A stretch of 64,000 nucleotides of DNA from an uncultured virus (IMG/VR IMGVR_UViG_3300001460_000019) (IMGVR_UViG_3300001460_000019:1-64000); one strand, 5' to 3'. Counted from the stretch's first letter, positions 31,384 to 41,058 are shown. The notes: generated from the letters alone by a model not told the origin. A program made the numbers and translations.

Positions 31384-32137
31384 AGACTTTCGTAACGTAT
31401 GTTACTTACCAATCGACTTGCCTTACCAAAAAATTAATTTAGACGAGTTAGAAGTATTCCATGATAGAAACTACATGTGGCCACCGGATGTTGTTACGGA
31501 ATCTTATTCAGCTAACAACTTAGAAAATGCTCCATATGTAGAAACTGCACCACACGAATTATGGCGTATTGTTTGTTTACTTGGACAGCTCGATGAAGAA
31601 GACTTTGGCAAAGCAGATAAAGTTAGAGAAAGTTGGTTGAATCGTTTAACTAGAAAAAGAAAAGTAAATATTAATCCTGCGTTACCAAAAGAACTATACG
31701 GAATAATTAAACTAATAGAACAATTACCAATACAATGCAATCATGCAGAACTAATTAGACAACGCAGAGATGTTCCATTGCATATGGATGTGCCAGGTTT
31801 ATCATCTTCTGATCATAGTACTTTAAGACCTTTAGAGCCTTCAGGATACAGATTGTTAATTAATGATGTACGTGAACCTAGTTTATTTTGGACAGAACGT
31901 TTAGAGCAACAAGATAAAAAAGATTATAGATTTATGGAACTACCAATGGACACAAATACATTTGTATTAAATGAATTAGATAGACCACATGGTGCTAAAA
32001 AAATTGAACAACAAAAGTTTGTTATTACTACTACAGGATCTATTGATCCTAATAAACATTTAGATACGTTAGTTCGTAGTTGGAACAAATATAAAGACTA
32101 TGCAATAGAGTTTGGAGATAAACATGAATCACTTTGA
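31367..32137 (+). CDS. Fe(II)/2OG-type cupin oxygenase
   Basis: PLHMD...EPSGYR...PHGA; resembles 29976..30641. Confidence 0.6.
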   Translation: MKKDYKDFRNVCYLPIDLPYQKINLDELEVFHDRNYMWPPDVVTESYSANNLENAPYVETAPHELWRIVCLLGQLDEEDFGKADKVRESWLNRLTRKRKVNINPALPKELYGIIKLIEQLPIQCNHAELIRQRRDVPLHMDVPGLSSSDHSTLRPLEPSGYRLLINDVREPSLFWTERLEQQDKKDYRFMELPMDTNTFVLNELDRPHGAKKIEQQKFVITTTGSIDPNKHLDTLVRSWNKYKDYAIEFGDKHESL

Positions 32138-32714
32138 GTACTTTGAACTACCACAATTAAAAATAGATAATAAATCAAACATTGATGCTATTGACCAATT
32201 AAAAGATAAGTTTCAAAAAGTTGATGTAGCCTATGCAGGACACCAAGTAACTTATGAAGAAGGTATTAAAGAAGATAAAAACGATCATGAATGGGTATAC
32301 TATCAAGATGTTGACCATGGAGCAGATTTTAATGGTAGTCCATTAATTGAAAAGATAGTAGAAGACACTTGTAAAGTTTTAAATATGCCTACAAGTCTTA
32401 TTGTTAGAAAACAATACACAAAGATGTCTCCTGGTTGGTTTTTAAATATTCATCGAGATGTACAACGAATGGTAGCTTTACTTGTAGAATTTAAACCTGC
32501 AGGTGGTTCTATTAGTTGGTATAATAATAAAAGAGAACATACAAAAACACTGTATTACAACCACCCGGTAGTAGTAAACACAGGACAATTACACAGTGCT
32601 AAAGGCGGCGACACAATGACACGTTATGGGTTTCAACTTGACTTTGATTATGGTATGACTATAAATGATGTGTATGAGTATTATAAAAGCTCACCATTGT
32701 TTGTCCAACAGTGA
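32124..32714 (+). CDS. Fe(II)/2OG-type cupin oxygenase
   Basis: PG...IHRD...NTGQLHSA...R; GGAG RBS before the ATG at 32124. Confidence 0.65.
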   Translation: MNHFEYFELPQLKIDNKSNIDAIDQLKDKFQKVDVAYAGHQVTYEEGIKEDKNDHEWVYYQDVDHGADFNGSPLIEKIVEDTCKVLNMPTSLIVRKQYTKMSPGWFLNIHRDVQRMVALLVEFKPAGGSISWYNNKREHTKTLYYNHPVVVNTGQLHSAKGGDTMTRYGFQLDFDYGMTINDVYEYYKSSPLFVQQ

Positions 32715-32731
32715 GCCTTAATAATTAATTA

Positions 32732-33004
32732 TTAATCGAATGATAAATGGTCAGTAGTTTCTACCATTGGTAATGCGTTGCCTTCGCCGTCAGTTTGGTC
32801 AATGTTTAGTGCGTCGTATGCCGCTCTATCACAATTCCATTCTTCACTGATAACAAGATCATCACCAACCATCTCATATTTGAAATTGACTCTGCCGTTA
32901 ACTGATGCCCAAGTAATATAGTCTGTGAAATCGTTATTTTCTAAACGACCTCTCATAGTATCTACTGCATCTGCAGAACCGTTTGTTTTCCAAGATATTA
33001 ACAT
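32732..33004 (-). CDS. small acidic protein, probably highly expressed
   Basis: strong AGGAG RBS, TAAATA at ~33053-33048, codon usage like the structural genes. Confidence 0.7.
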   Translation of the reverse strand: MLISWKTNGSADAVDTMRGRLENNDFTDYITWASVNGRVNFKYEMVGDDLVISEEWNCDRAAYDALNIDQTDGEGNALPMVETTDHLSFD

Positions 33005-33128
33005 AATGAGCTCTCCTATGTGTATTTGTTTTTAGTATATACAATGTTATTTATCTATTATAGTGTATTTTATTGAAAAATATAGGATTTTATTTACAGA
33101 AAAACAAGATAGATAGGTATCTTTTCAC

Positions 33129-33156
33129 TTGACAGATATCTATATTGTGCTATACT
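33129..33156 (+). promoter_or_regulatory. early sigma70-like promoter
   Basis: TTGACA GATATCTATATTGTGC TATACT. Confidence 0.8.
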
Positions 33157-33191
33157 ATAGAAATATATAACTAATAAACGAGGTAAAATAA

Positions 33192-33467
33192 ATGAGTGAC
33201 GTTAAACAACATAGTGATTTACTAAAAAGCACTGAAGTTCAGATTGGTAAACACAAGTTTAAGGTAGAATTAGTACAAGATCCTACTACTAAACAAGCAA
33301 GTTATATCCTAGAAGGTAATAGACAGTCAAGATACGGATTGATTAGAAATACGCATCAACCTGAATTACTTTTTGCTTATAATCTTAAAGGTTATGATAA
33401 ACAGGCCAAAATCGCTGGATATACTTGGTTTACAGATAAAAACGGCAAACTTGAACCTGTAGGTTAA
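33192..33467 (+). CDS. hypothetical early protein
   Basis: 91 aa, GAGG RBS, follows the promoter. Confidence 0.7.
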   Translation: MSDVKQHSDLLKSTEVQIGKHKFKVELVQDPTTKQASYILEGNRQSRYGLIRNTHQPELLFAYNLKGYDKQAKIAGYTWFTDKNGKLEPVG

Positions 33468-33614
33468 CATTGATTGATGCAATAAACACTTGGTGGGGAG
33501 AATGCATACTGCAATGCGGAATGGATCTAACTACTTTAGAAATTTATTTAATAATGGCATTTTCATTACCTATAATTGTATGGTTAATGGAAAGAAAAAA
33601 ATAAAATAAAATAA

Positions 33615-33914
33615 ATGATAAAAATGAAAATAAAAATAAAACAACTATTTGATAAACAAGCAAAAGGGTCATTAACTAGAACAATAATATTCACTATTGG
33701 CCATTTTATAATTGCGGCCACAATATTAAAACTATTAGATCCAGGCATAGAGCTTTGGGTAGCAATCACAGATGCAATAGTTGAACCTTTGGTTAATTCA
33801 GTTTGGTACTATCTATTAGACAGATGGTGGGTATCTCGTATTATAACTAAAAAGAAAAAAGTTAAAAAAAAAGTTAAAAGAGAAAGGTATGGCAAATGGC
33901 GAGGAAACGTATAA
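33615..33914 (+). CDS. DUF2061-like small membrane protein
   Basis: SL.RT..FT.GH...A.VEP..N.VWYY.LDR.W. Confidence 0.6.
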   Translation: MIKMKIKIKQLFDKQAKGSLTRTIIFTIGHFIIAATILKLLDPGIELWVAITDAIVEPLVNSVWYYLLDRWWVSRIITKKKKVKKKVKRERYGKWRGNV

Positions 33915-34183
33915 CTAAAAAAGACGATCATATTAAATTAGATCCAGCATACGTTAAACATTCTGTTGCATCAAAACTTGACATGAAAGTTTGGTGGTTG
34001 GAAGAACTTGAAGGAGAAATACTTGAGTTTGCCAAATATGTCAAAAACCATTATGGTATCAAATACAATGATACTGCCAAAGCACATCTAAAAAGGATTG
34101 GCAAAACATCTCAAACATTGAGAATGACATCTGCTATGGCTTTGGGTGTTCTTGAAGATCTTCACAAGTATGAAGATAAGTAA
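33896..34183 (+). CDS. hypothetical protein
   Basis: 95 aa ORF. Confidence 0.6.
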   Translation: MARKRITKKDDHIKLDPAYVKHSVASKLDMKVWWLEELEGEILEFAKYVKNHYGIKYNDTAKAHLKRIGKTSQTLRMTSAMALGVLEDLHKYEDK

Positions 34184-34289
34184 TTTCATTAAAGAAGCAT
34201 TAAAAGATCTCTTATCTGATGCTTGGATTTATGTAGTTACTATAAGTATTATTATAATAACCTTATTAATATTTAATATTGGAATTTAG

Positions 34290-34532
34290 ATGAATTATGA
34301 ATTTAACGACTATAGAAATAAAGATCCATATGATCCTCCAAAGTGGAGTCGATGGCAACCAGATAATCCTTTAAAATATCTATTAACAATTGTATTCTTT
34401 CTAATAGGCCTTCCATTTTTATTTGGATATCTGCTAACACCTTTAGGTACTGTGATGCAACTATTGTTTATTGATTGGTGGTTATACTTAAAAGAACAAG
34501 CAGGAAAGATCAATAAAGACGATTATAGGTAG
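34290..34532 (+). CDS. small membrane protein
   Basis: two hydrophobic segments. Confidence 0.55.
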   Translation: MNYEFNDYRNKDPYDPPKWSRWQPDNPLKYLLTIVFFLIGLPFLFGYLLTPLGTVMQLLFIDWWLYLKEQAGKINKDDYR

Positions 34533-34577
34533 TAAATACAGATATCTATATAAATACAAAGTAAGATTGAGCAGTCT

Positions 34578-34778
34578 ATGAAAAAAAAGCAAACATACAT
34601 TATAGGTGATATTACACCTACTAAAAAAATAACCAAACCAAAGCAGAAGAAAAAACCTGTTAGAAACGTTCAGCCACAAGCATTTAAAACTAAAGAAGCA
34701 CCAATGATTAATAACGCCTTTGCTGAGGCATTTGCTAAAGCTGGATTAACATCAGATACTTTTAAAAAAAAATCTTAA
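34578..34778 (+). CDS. small basic hypothetical protein
   Basis: 66 aa; NNAFAEAFAKA motif. Confidence 0.55.
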   Translation: MKKKQTYIIGDITPTKKITKPKQKKKPVRNVQPQAFKTKEAPMINNAFAEAFAKAGLTSDTFKKKS

Positions 34779-34779
34779 G

Positions 34780-35829
34780 TTATTTTTGATATTCTACTTT
34801 TGCTCTAGAGCCGTGCCCGCCACATTCTATCACACATCTTTTAATATATAAATTATGATCAGTATCCCACGAGTCTTCTAATACAGAATCATAGTATTCG
34901 TGACCTAGTATATTATCAATTGAGTTATGTCTTAGATCATTCCAGTTTTTTCCATATTGTTCTTCAATTTCAAACAACTTATCTCTGCCTTGTTTTTGTA
35001 CACTCGGTCTTATAGAATCATGATACATATCACCAATCCAACAACAAGGCCATAATTTCATGTCATGTGATATGTAAGCTCTTTGCTCATGTATTAATCT
35101 GCAACTGATATCTTTAAATTTTGTATTCTTTACTGTTTCTGATTCTATTTTCTTAGTTACATTAAATTTAACTTGAGCTTGTGAATGTTGAATTTCTTTT
35201 TTATTAGTTGTAATAGTTGTTTTATTAGTTTTCCATGGAGCCTTAATTTGATTTCTTGAAGATCTCCTTACTCTAAAATTAAATCCTAGCTCTTTTGCTA
35301 GTTGTCTTGCATTATCTATATCACTAGTATTATGATCAAACTCAATATAAGACCATGTCGCTCTGCCTTGCCCTTTTGAATATGCTGTAATATTTTTTAT
35401 AAGTTTATCCCAAATAACATTAACACGATACATATGATTTGTATCCTTGTAGCCATCTATATTAAAACCAACAACAAGTTTGTGATTGTATTTAAAACTT
35501 AACTGAGATAAATCATGCCAAAACTTTTCTGTTTGCATACCACCATTTGTATCTAACCAAACTTTAGAAGGATTATTTTCTAAAATATATTTGCAAATTA
35601 AAATTATATCTTTAGCCATTCCTGGATCACCATATACTCCAGAAAAACCAAATGCTCTATCTTTAATTGTGTTTGGTGGAAATATATGTTTAAATTGTGA
35701 CAACGAAATTTCTAACATCTTTAAGTCAGGGTGTGTATCTCCATTATGAGTACGTGAACATCCAGGACATCTAGCATTACACTTAGATGTTATTTCTATT
35801 TCATACTGTTTTATTTTTTCTAAATCCAT
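34780..35829 (-). CDS. radical SAM protein, paralog of 4910..5908
   Basis: CNARCPGC, GDP, TNGG, WPCC, CVIEC. Confidence 0.9.
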   Translation of the reverse strand: MDLEKIKQYEIEITSKCNARCPGCSRTHNGDTHPDLKMLEISLSQFKHIFPPNTIKDRAFGFSGVYGDPGMAKDIILICKYILENNPSKVWLDTNGGMQTEKFWHDLSQLSFKYNHKLVVGFNIDGYKDTNHMYRVNVIWDKLIKNITAYSKGQGRATWSYIEFDHNTSDIDNARQLAKELGFNFRVRRSSRNQIKAPWKTNKTTITTNKKEIQHSQAQVKFNVTKKIESETVKNTKFKDISCRLIHEQRAYISHDMKLWPCCWIGDMYHDSIRPSVQKQGRDKLFEIEEQYGKNWNDLRHNSIDNILGHEYYDSVLEDSWDTDHNLYIKRCVIECGGHGSRAKVEYQK

Positions 35830-35849
35830 ATACTAATATTATAATCCTA

Positions 35850-37010
35850 TTATAGATACTTGTCAATATCGTATTTCCAGTACTTGTCAAGCCTTTTAGA
35901 TTTAATGTTATAATCAAATGCAGTTTTTGAAGAAACATTTTCTAACCAATATAGAATATGATCTCTTAAGTACGGTCTTTTTATATTTTGTAAATATTTT
36001 TTTATTTGGGTTTTTCTTTCTAAGTTATCATGCCAATCACAAATAGATAACTCTCCAGGGTGTTCAATACAATGAGCCTCAAATAATGAATGATCTTTAT
36101 CATGCATATCTTTATCCCAAAATGTATCTGCCCATTGTTCTAATTCGTGTAGATGAAAAACATTTATTTTTGTTATAACTGAACTAACACGTATTTTAAT
36201 GTTCTTCCATTCTCTTGCCCATAATCGATATTGTTTACATACTTTTTCAACATCTTGCCATGTGTATGGACCTGGACGTTGTTTCCAATTAATATCGCCA
36301 TACCCGTCAATACTTAAATTTATTTGTATAGACTTACATTTTTTCCAAACAGCCTGAACTTTTTTGTTTGGTAACATAGTTGCATTTGTATGATATATTA
36401 ATGATAGGTTAGGAATATCAACATCTTCTTGTGTAATCTTTTCTATAAATTGATCATGCTTTGGTTCCATTAATGGTTCTCCACCTACAAATTTTAAATA
36501 AGATAGTTTAGAAAAGTCAATATCATATAAATCCAATTGTGGAGTTTTTAAAACTTTTTTATGTGGCTCTACAATTTTACTATATGTACTACTAACACTA
36601 GAGCTACACATTCTACAACTTAAATTACATAAAATACTAAAAACACTATCTAGATAACGCATTTCAAAAAAATCTTTATCAAATAGGTTTCTTTGTTGTG
36701 ATTCTTTAATCCACTCTTTATCACGTTCAAGAGTCCACAGTCTAAAACTTTGACTTTTAGCACGTTCGTTATCAAAGCATTTTCTACATCCAGAAGTAGG
36801 TTTTTGTTCTAGCATGTTATTACGTACTTCTTGAAATCGAGGATGCTGTACTGCTTTTTCTAATCCACCATCTTCCAATTTTGGCCAACCTTTTCGATCA
36901 TTAAAATCCCAATTACAACAAGGTGTAACTACACCAAATTCGTTGATTTGTGCACCACTAAAAGGTAGGGTGCAGAAATACGTAGAGTTTGGAACATTTG
37001 CTTTTTTCAT
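35850..37010 (-). CDS. radical SAM protein with N-terminal twitch-like domain
   Basis: FCTLPF..PCC..CRKC; CNLSCRMC; GGEP. Confidence 0.9.
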   Translation of the reverse strand: MKKANVPNSTYFCTLPFSGAQINEFGVVTPCCNWDFNDRKGWPKLEDGGLEKAVQHPRFQEVRNNMLEQKPTSGCRKCFDNERAKSQSFRLWTLERDKEWIKESQQRNLFDKDFFEMRYLDSVFSILCNLSCRMCSSSVSSTYSKIVEPHKKVLKTPQLDLYDIDFSKLSYLKFVGGEPLMEPKHDQFIEKITQEDVDIPNLSLIYHTNATMLPNKKVQAVWKKCKSIQINLSIDGYGDINWKQRPGPYTWQDVEKVCKQYRLWAREWKNIKIRVSSVITKINVFHLHELEQWADTFWDKDMHDKDHSLFEAHCIEHPGELSICDWHDNLERKTQIKKYLQNIKRPYLRDHILYWLENVSSKTAFDYNIKSKRLDKYWKYDIDKYL

Positions 37011-37073
37011 ATAATTTCTCTTGACTATTGTATCATATTACAATATTATAGTATTTATTGAAAGGTAATAATT

Positions 37074-37244
37074 ATGAAAGATCCAAAAGTTATTGAATTG
37101 GTAAAGAATTTTAAAGAAAACATAACTAAACTAAATTCTATATATCAAAAACTGGATACTCAAAATGTTTGGGTTGACCTGCAAAAAAAAGAAAAAGGCA
37201 GAGGCTGGGAAATAAGACATTTAGAGCAGAAAGTAAAGTACTAA
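37074..37244 (+). CDS. small hypothetical protein (56 aa, not in ORF track)
   Basis: MKDPKVIELVKNFK...; AAGG RBS. Confidence 0.55.
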   Translation: MKDPKVIELVKNFKENITKLNSIYQKLDTQNVWVDLQKKEKGRGWEIRHLEQKVKY

Positions 37245-37270
37245 TAAATAAATTGTAACCAAGGAGGGTT

Positions 37271-37477
37271 ATGGCAAAAATGAGAACATACACGTTCTTT
37301 GAAGGCAATGAAGAGCCAAAAACTATAGAAGCATTAAGCTATAGACGAGCAGTAAAATCGTTTCAAGGCGGAAGTAAAAGTAAAATTGTCCGTGTGGAAT
37401 GGACAGCTAAAAAAGGTGGAGAATACGAAAAAGATCAATCTTTACCATTAGGCAGAAGTAAAAAACTAGGAAGATAA
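37271..37477 (+). CDS. small conserved hypothetical protein
   Basis: AAGGAGG RBS; recalled resemblance to Pelagibacter-type small proteins (unverified). Confidence 0.7.
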   Translation: MAKMRTYTFFEGNEEPKTIEALSYRRAVKSFQGGSKSKIVRVEWTAKKGGEYEKDQSLPLGRSKKLGR

Positions 37478-37482
37478 AATAA

Positions 37483-37926
37483 ATGACACAAGTAAACATA
37501 TTATGGGCATCGATGTTTGGCACAGCAGAAGATGTAGCCACCGATGTATTTGATAGTATATCAAAAGAATCAAGTGCCGACATTAAAATAAATGAAATGA
37601 ACGATATTGATATTGAATCGTTTAAAGATATGAAGAATGTAATGTTTATATCAAGCACTACAGGACAAGGTGACGTTCCTACAAACGGAGATGATTTTTT
37701 TAATAAACTATCAGAAGCTGAAGTAGATCTTAGTAATATGAACTATGCTATTTGTGGTTTAGGAGATAGCTCACACACTTATTTTTGTGGTGGCCCTAAG
37801 AAAATTGACAAACGTATGGTAGAACTTGGAGCAAATAAAGTAGCTGACAGTCATGAATGCGACGGTGACGATGACGGAGCACGTGAGTATTCAATAGCTA
37901 CAATACAAACACTAATAGGAAAATAA
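37483..37926 (+). CDS. flavodoxin
   Basis: S.FGTAE, STTGQGD.P, GLGDSS...FCG. Confidence 0.9.
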   Translation: MTQVNILWASMFGTAEDVATDVFDSISKESSADIKINEMNDIDIESFKDMKNVMFISSTTGQGDVPTNGDDFFNKLSEAEVDLSNMNYAICGLGDSSHTYFCGGPKKIDKRMVELGANKVADSHECDGDDDGAREYSIATIQTLIGK

Positions 37927-37927
37927 A

Positions 37928-38200
37928 ATGGCATTAACAATTAATCAAGAAGAAAAGGCAAAACTTATTAGATTGTTTGACGAAGGCACACAGGTATTGC
38001 AAGAGTCAGATGATTTGAGAGCAGGTCTAAGAGATACAGTAAAACATATTGCAGAAGAGCTTGACGTTAAACCTACTGTATTAAACAAAGCAATTAAGAT
38101 TGCATATAAAAATAGTTTATCAGAAGAGAGAGATGCATTTGATGATATTGAGATGATACTTGATACAATCAAACGTGGTGGAGCTCATAAGGAAGAATAA
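37928..38200 (+). CDS. phage dsDNA-binding protein (T4 DsbA/DUF2312-like)
   Basis: helical pattern LRDTVK.IAEELDVKP.VLNKAIKIA. Confidence 0.65.
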   Translation: MALTINQEEKAKLIRLFDEGTQVLQESDDLRAGLRDTVKHIAEELDVKPTVLNKAIKIAYKNSLSEERDAFDDIEMILDTIKRGGAHKEE

Positions 38201-38362
38201 TGTCTTGGGGATCCTGGTTTACCATCCCACCACCATTGAGTGATAGTAAGAAAAAGCAATGGGAAGATATACCTAATAAAGTTTTTTGGGCTAAGATAAC
38301 ATTTTTACTTTTTATAAACGCAATGATAGGATTATTAATTTATCTAATAATAAATATGTAGT

Positions 38363-38953
38363 ATGCATACAAACTTTTATAAAGACCCAGATATTAGTTT
38401 TGATATAACAAAGTTACAATCAGCACTAACAGAAGTAGATAAACGAGTTGCTAGGCAATCACCATTAGGTGAAAGAGATATAAATGCAATTTGTCTTACA
38501 CAAATACCAGGAGATCCAAATTCTATTACAGGTGGAAACGTTAGAGGATTATTTTGGACTAGACCAGATCATACAGGTGTTGAAGTAACAAGAGAAGCAA
38601 TAATTGATGAAACACAATATTCTGAATTTGTAAATTTATTTGAAGATACATATTTTAAAGAAGTTTATACTACATTAACAAACAAATACAAACTAGGCAG
38701 AATTAGACTTTTATGGAAGTTGCCAAGAACAACATTAAGCTGGCATAGAGATCCAGAACCAAGATTACATATTCCAATTGTTACCAACCCCGGAGCTCGA
38801 ATGTGCATTGATACAGAAGTCAGACACATGCCTGCAGATGGATCAGTCTGGATTACAGACAACACACGATATCATAATGCATTTAATGGTGGCGAAGAGG
38901 ACAGAGTCCATCTAGTGGCCACAGTATTAGATACTTCACCAATTACACCATAA
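38363..38953 (+). CDS. Asp/Asn beta-hydroxylase-like oxygenase
   Basis: GRIRL...LSWHRDPE.RLHIPI...HNAFNGG.EDRVHLV. Confidence 0.85.
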   Translation: MHTNFYKDPDISFDITKLQSALTEVDKRVARQSPLGERDINAICLTQIPGDPNSITGGNVRGLFWTRPDHTGVEVTREAIIDETQYSEFVNLFEDTYFKEVYTTLTNKYKLGRIRLLWKLPRTTLSWHRDPEPRLHIPIVTNPGARMCIDTEVRHMPADGSVWITDNTRYHNAFNGGEEDRVHLVATVLDTSPITP

Positions 38954-39009
38954 ATACAACAATCGTAAACATGTACTTGACAAAAACTTAAAAGAAAGTA
39001 TTATACAGT

Positions 39010-39516
39010 ATGGACGTTTTAAATAAAATTTTAGATAAATTTGAATGGTTAAAAAAAGTTAAGTTAGTAGAACTTAACGAAGTTGACACATCTGAAGATC
39101 CAGTAAGACCAGAACTGGACAATTGGTTTAGACAACAATATGGTAGAAAAATATATGGCCTTCAAGACAATGATGAAATAGTTGCTGTGATGTGTTTTGC
39201 ATTCACCAATGAAGTACCAGCGTCAGTACAAGAATTAGATACCATGAGTAAAGTTGCACACATGGAAGCCATACACAGAGCAGGAGTACAAGGACGTATT
39301 GCTATTGCATATACTGTTTGGAGTCGTAAACGTGGAGGCGGACAAAAGATAGTAGATGAAGTATATAAAATGATTAAGAAATCAAATCATTTAACTAGAT
39401 TAATTACCTTGTCACCAATGACAGAAATGGCAAGAAAATTTCATACAAAGAACGGTGCTAAAGAGTTACGAGTAAATAAGAATACCGTTAACTTTGAATA
39501 TGATATGGGCGATTAG
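39010..39516 (+). CDS. GNAT-like phage protein
   Basis: YTVWS.K.GGG, TLSP.T.MA.KFH.KNGA; stop codon lies inside tRNA-Ile. Confidence 0.6.
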   Translation: MDVLNKILDKFEWLKKVKLVELNEVDTSEDPVRPELDNWFRQQYGRKIYGLQDNDEIVAVMCFAFTNEVPASVQELDTMSKVAHMEAIHRAGVQGRIAIAYTVWSRKRGGGQKIVDEVYKMIKKSNHLTRLITLSPMTEMARKFHTKNGAKELRVNKNTVNFEYDMGD

Positions 39517-39583
39517 CTCAGTTGGTTAGAGCACTGTGTTGATAACGCAGGGGTCGGAAGTTCGAGTCTTCCATCGCCTACCA
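39507..39583 (+). tRNA. tRNA-Ile(GAT)
   Basis: cloverleaf; CTGTG-TTGATAA-CGCAG anticodon arm; TTCGA T-loop; CCA end. Confidence 0.95.
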
Positions 39584-39586
39584 CAT

Positions 39587-39663
39587 GGCAGTGTAGCTCA
39601 GTTGGTTAGAGCATCCGACTCATATTCGGAAGGTCGGTAGTTCGAATCTACCCACTGCTACCA
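39587..39663 (+). tRNA. tRNA-Met(CAT), elongator Met or lysidine Ile2
   Basis: TCCGA-CTCATAT-TCGGA; CCA end. Confidence 0.9.
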
Positions 39664-39664
39664 T

Positions 39665-39739
39665 TGGGGTATAGCCAAGCGGTAAGGCATCGGTTTTTGG
39701 TACCGACATTCGGTGGTTCGAATCCATCTACCCCAGCCA
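39665..39739 (+). tRNA. tRNA-Gln(TTG)
   Basis: TCGGT-TTTTGGT-ACCGA; CCA end. Confidence 0.93.
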
Positions 39740-39742
39740 AGA

Positions 39743-39819
39743 CTGCCCGTAGCTCAGTTGGATAGAGCGTCAGTTTGCGGAACTGAAGGTCGCAAGTTCG
39801 AATCTTGCCGGGCAGGCCA
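39743..39819 (+). tRNA. tRNA-Arg(GCG)
   Basis: TCAGT-TTGCGGA-ACTGA; CTGCCCG/CGGGCAG acceptor stem; CCA end. Confidence 0.9.
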
Positions 39820-39832
39820 ATAAATACATTAT

Positions 39833-41029
39833 ATGAGCAGAAAGATATTAGACACATGGTGCCCATTACCTTGGATTGGATTAAGCACAAACCCAGACGG
39901 AACAGTTATGCCATGTTGTTTACATTGGACAGCAAATAATTTTTGGGGTAACATTAAGACGCAAAGCTACGAAGAAATTATAAATTCTCCTAAAGCTAAA
40001 ACTATGCGTAAAGAAATGATGAATAATCTTGAACCAAAAGGTTGCGAAAGGTGTTATAGAAAAGAAGAAGTCTTAGGAGAAAGTTTTAGAACAATATTAG
40101 AAAAATACCATCCATGGACAAAAGAAGTAAAAAATACAATAAAAGATATTACTAAAGAAGATGGAACTTTAACAGAAGTATCTGCAAAGTATTGGGATGT
40201 ACGTTTTAGTAATATATGTAATATGGCTTGTATTATGTGCGGTCCAGAATTTAGTAGTAAATGGCAGGCAGAATTGAAATCAGACAAAGGCAAAATATTA
40301 AACAATTTTGATGATAAAAATAAAACATATGAGTTTATAGATAACCATGCTAAAAATGTAGAGTCAATTTATTTTGCAGGTGGTGAACCGTTAGTAATGG
40401 ACGAACACTACTATATACTAGAAAAGTTAATAGACATTAAAAGAACAGATGTTAATTTACATTACAATAGTAATATCCTAAAGCTAACACACAAGAATAA
40501 AGATACAACAGAGTTGTGGAAACATTTTAAAAGAGTTAGTATAGCACCAAGTATAGATGCTATGGGACCACAAGCAGAATATATTAGATATGGTACGATA
40601 TGGAACCAACTAGAACAAAACCTATTACAATTAAGAGACAATCCTAATATATGGGTAGAACCGCAGATAACAATTGGAACTTATAATGCTATTCATTTTA
40701 CAAAACTAATAAAGTTTTTCTTAGATAGTAATTTAGATACTTACGATTTTAATATGGTTGAAGGTAATGAGTATAACATGGAACACATGCCACAAGAACT
40801 AAAGCAAGAAGCAAAGGATAATCTTTACCAGTTTGCTAACTCACTGCCATTAAAACAAAAAGAAGTATTTTTAGATAAGTCTCAACAAATATTAAAAAGA
40901 TTAGATACAAAAACAGATCAATCAGCTACTCAAGGATTTGTTAAAAAAATAAAAAATATTGATAAAACAAGAAACTTAGATTTTTCAAAACATTTTCCAG
41001 AGATAAGCAAACACTATAACTTTAACTAA
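39833..41029 (+). CDS. radical SAM protein with N-terminal twitch-like domain
   Basis: WCPLPW..PCC..CERC; CNMACIMC; GGEP. Confidence 0.9.
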   Translation: MSRKILDTWCPLPWIGLSTNPDGTVMPCCLHWTANNFWGNIKTQSYEEIINSPKAKTMRKEMMNNLEPKGCERCYRKEEVLGESFRTILEKYHPWTKEVKNTIKDITKEDGTLTEVSAKYWDVRFSNICNMACIMCGPEFSSKWQAELKSDKGKILNNFDDKNKTYEFIDNHAKNVESIYFAGGEPLVMDEHYYILEKLIDIKRTDVNLHYNSNILKLTHKNKDTTELWKHFKRVSIAPSIDAMGPQAEYIRYGTIWNQLEQNLLQLRDNPNIWVEPQITIGTYNAIHFTKLIKFFLDSNLDTYDFNMVEGNEYNMEHMPQELKQEAKDNLYQFANSLPLKQKEVFLDKSQQILKRLDTKTDQSATQGFVKKIKNIDKTRNLDFSKHFPEISKHYNFN

Positions 41030-41058
41030 ATAAATTGTACGTGTAAAAGGATAAAACA

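Noticed and set aside
39648..39890. Minus-strand ORF over the tRNA cluster (also 43471..43785 and 43637..43870)
   Set aside because: Antisense shadows of tRNA genes
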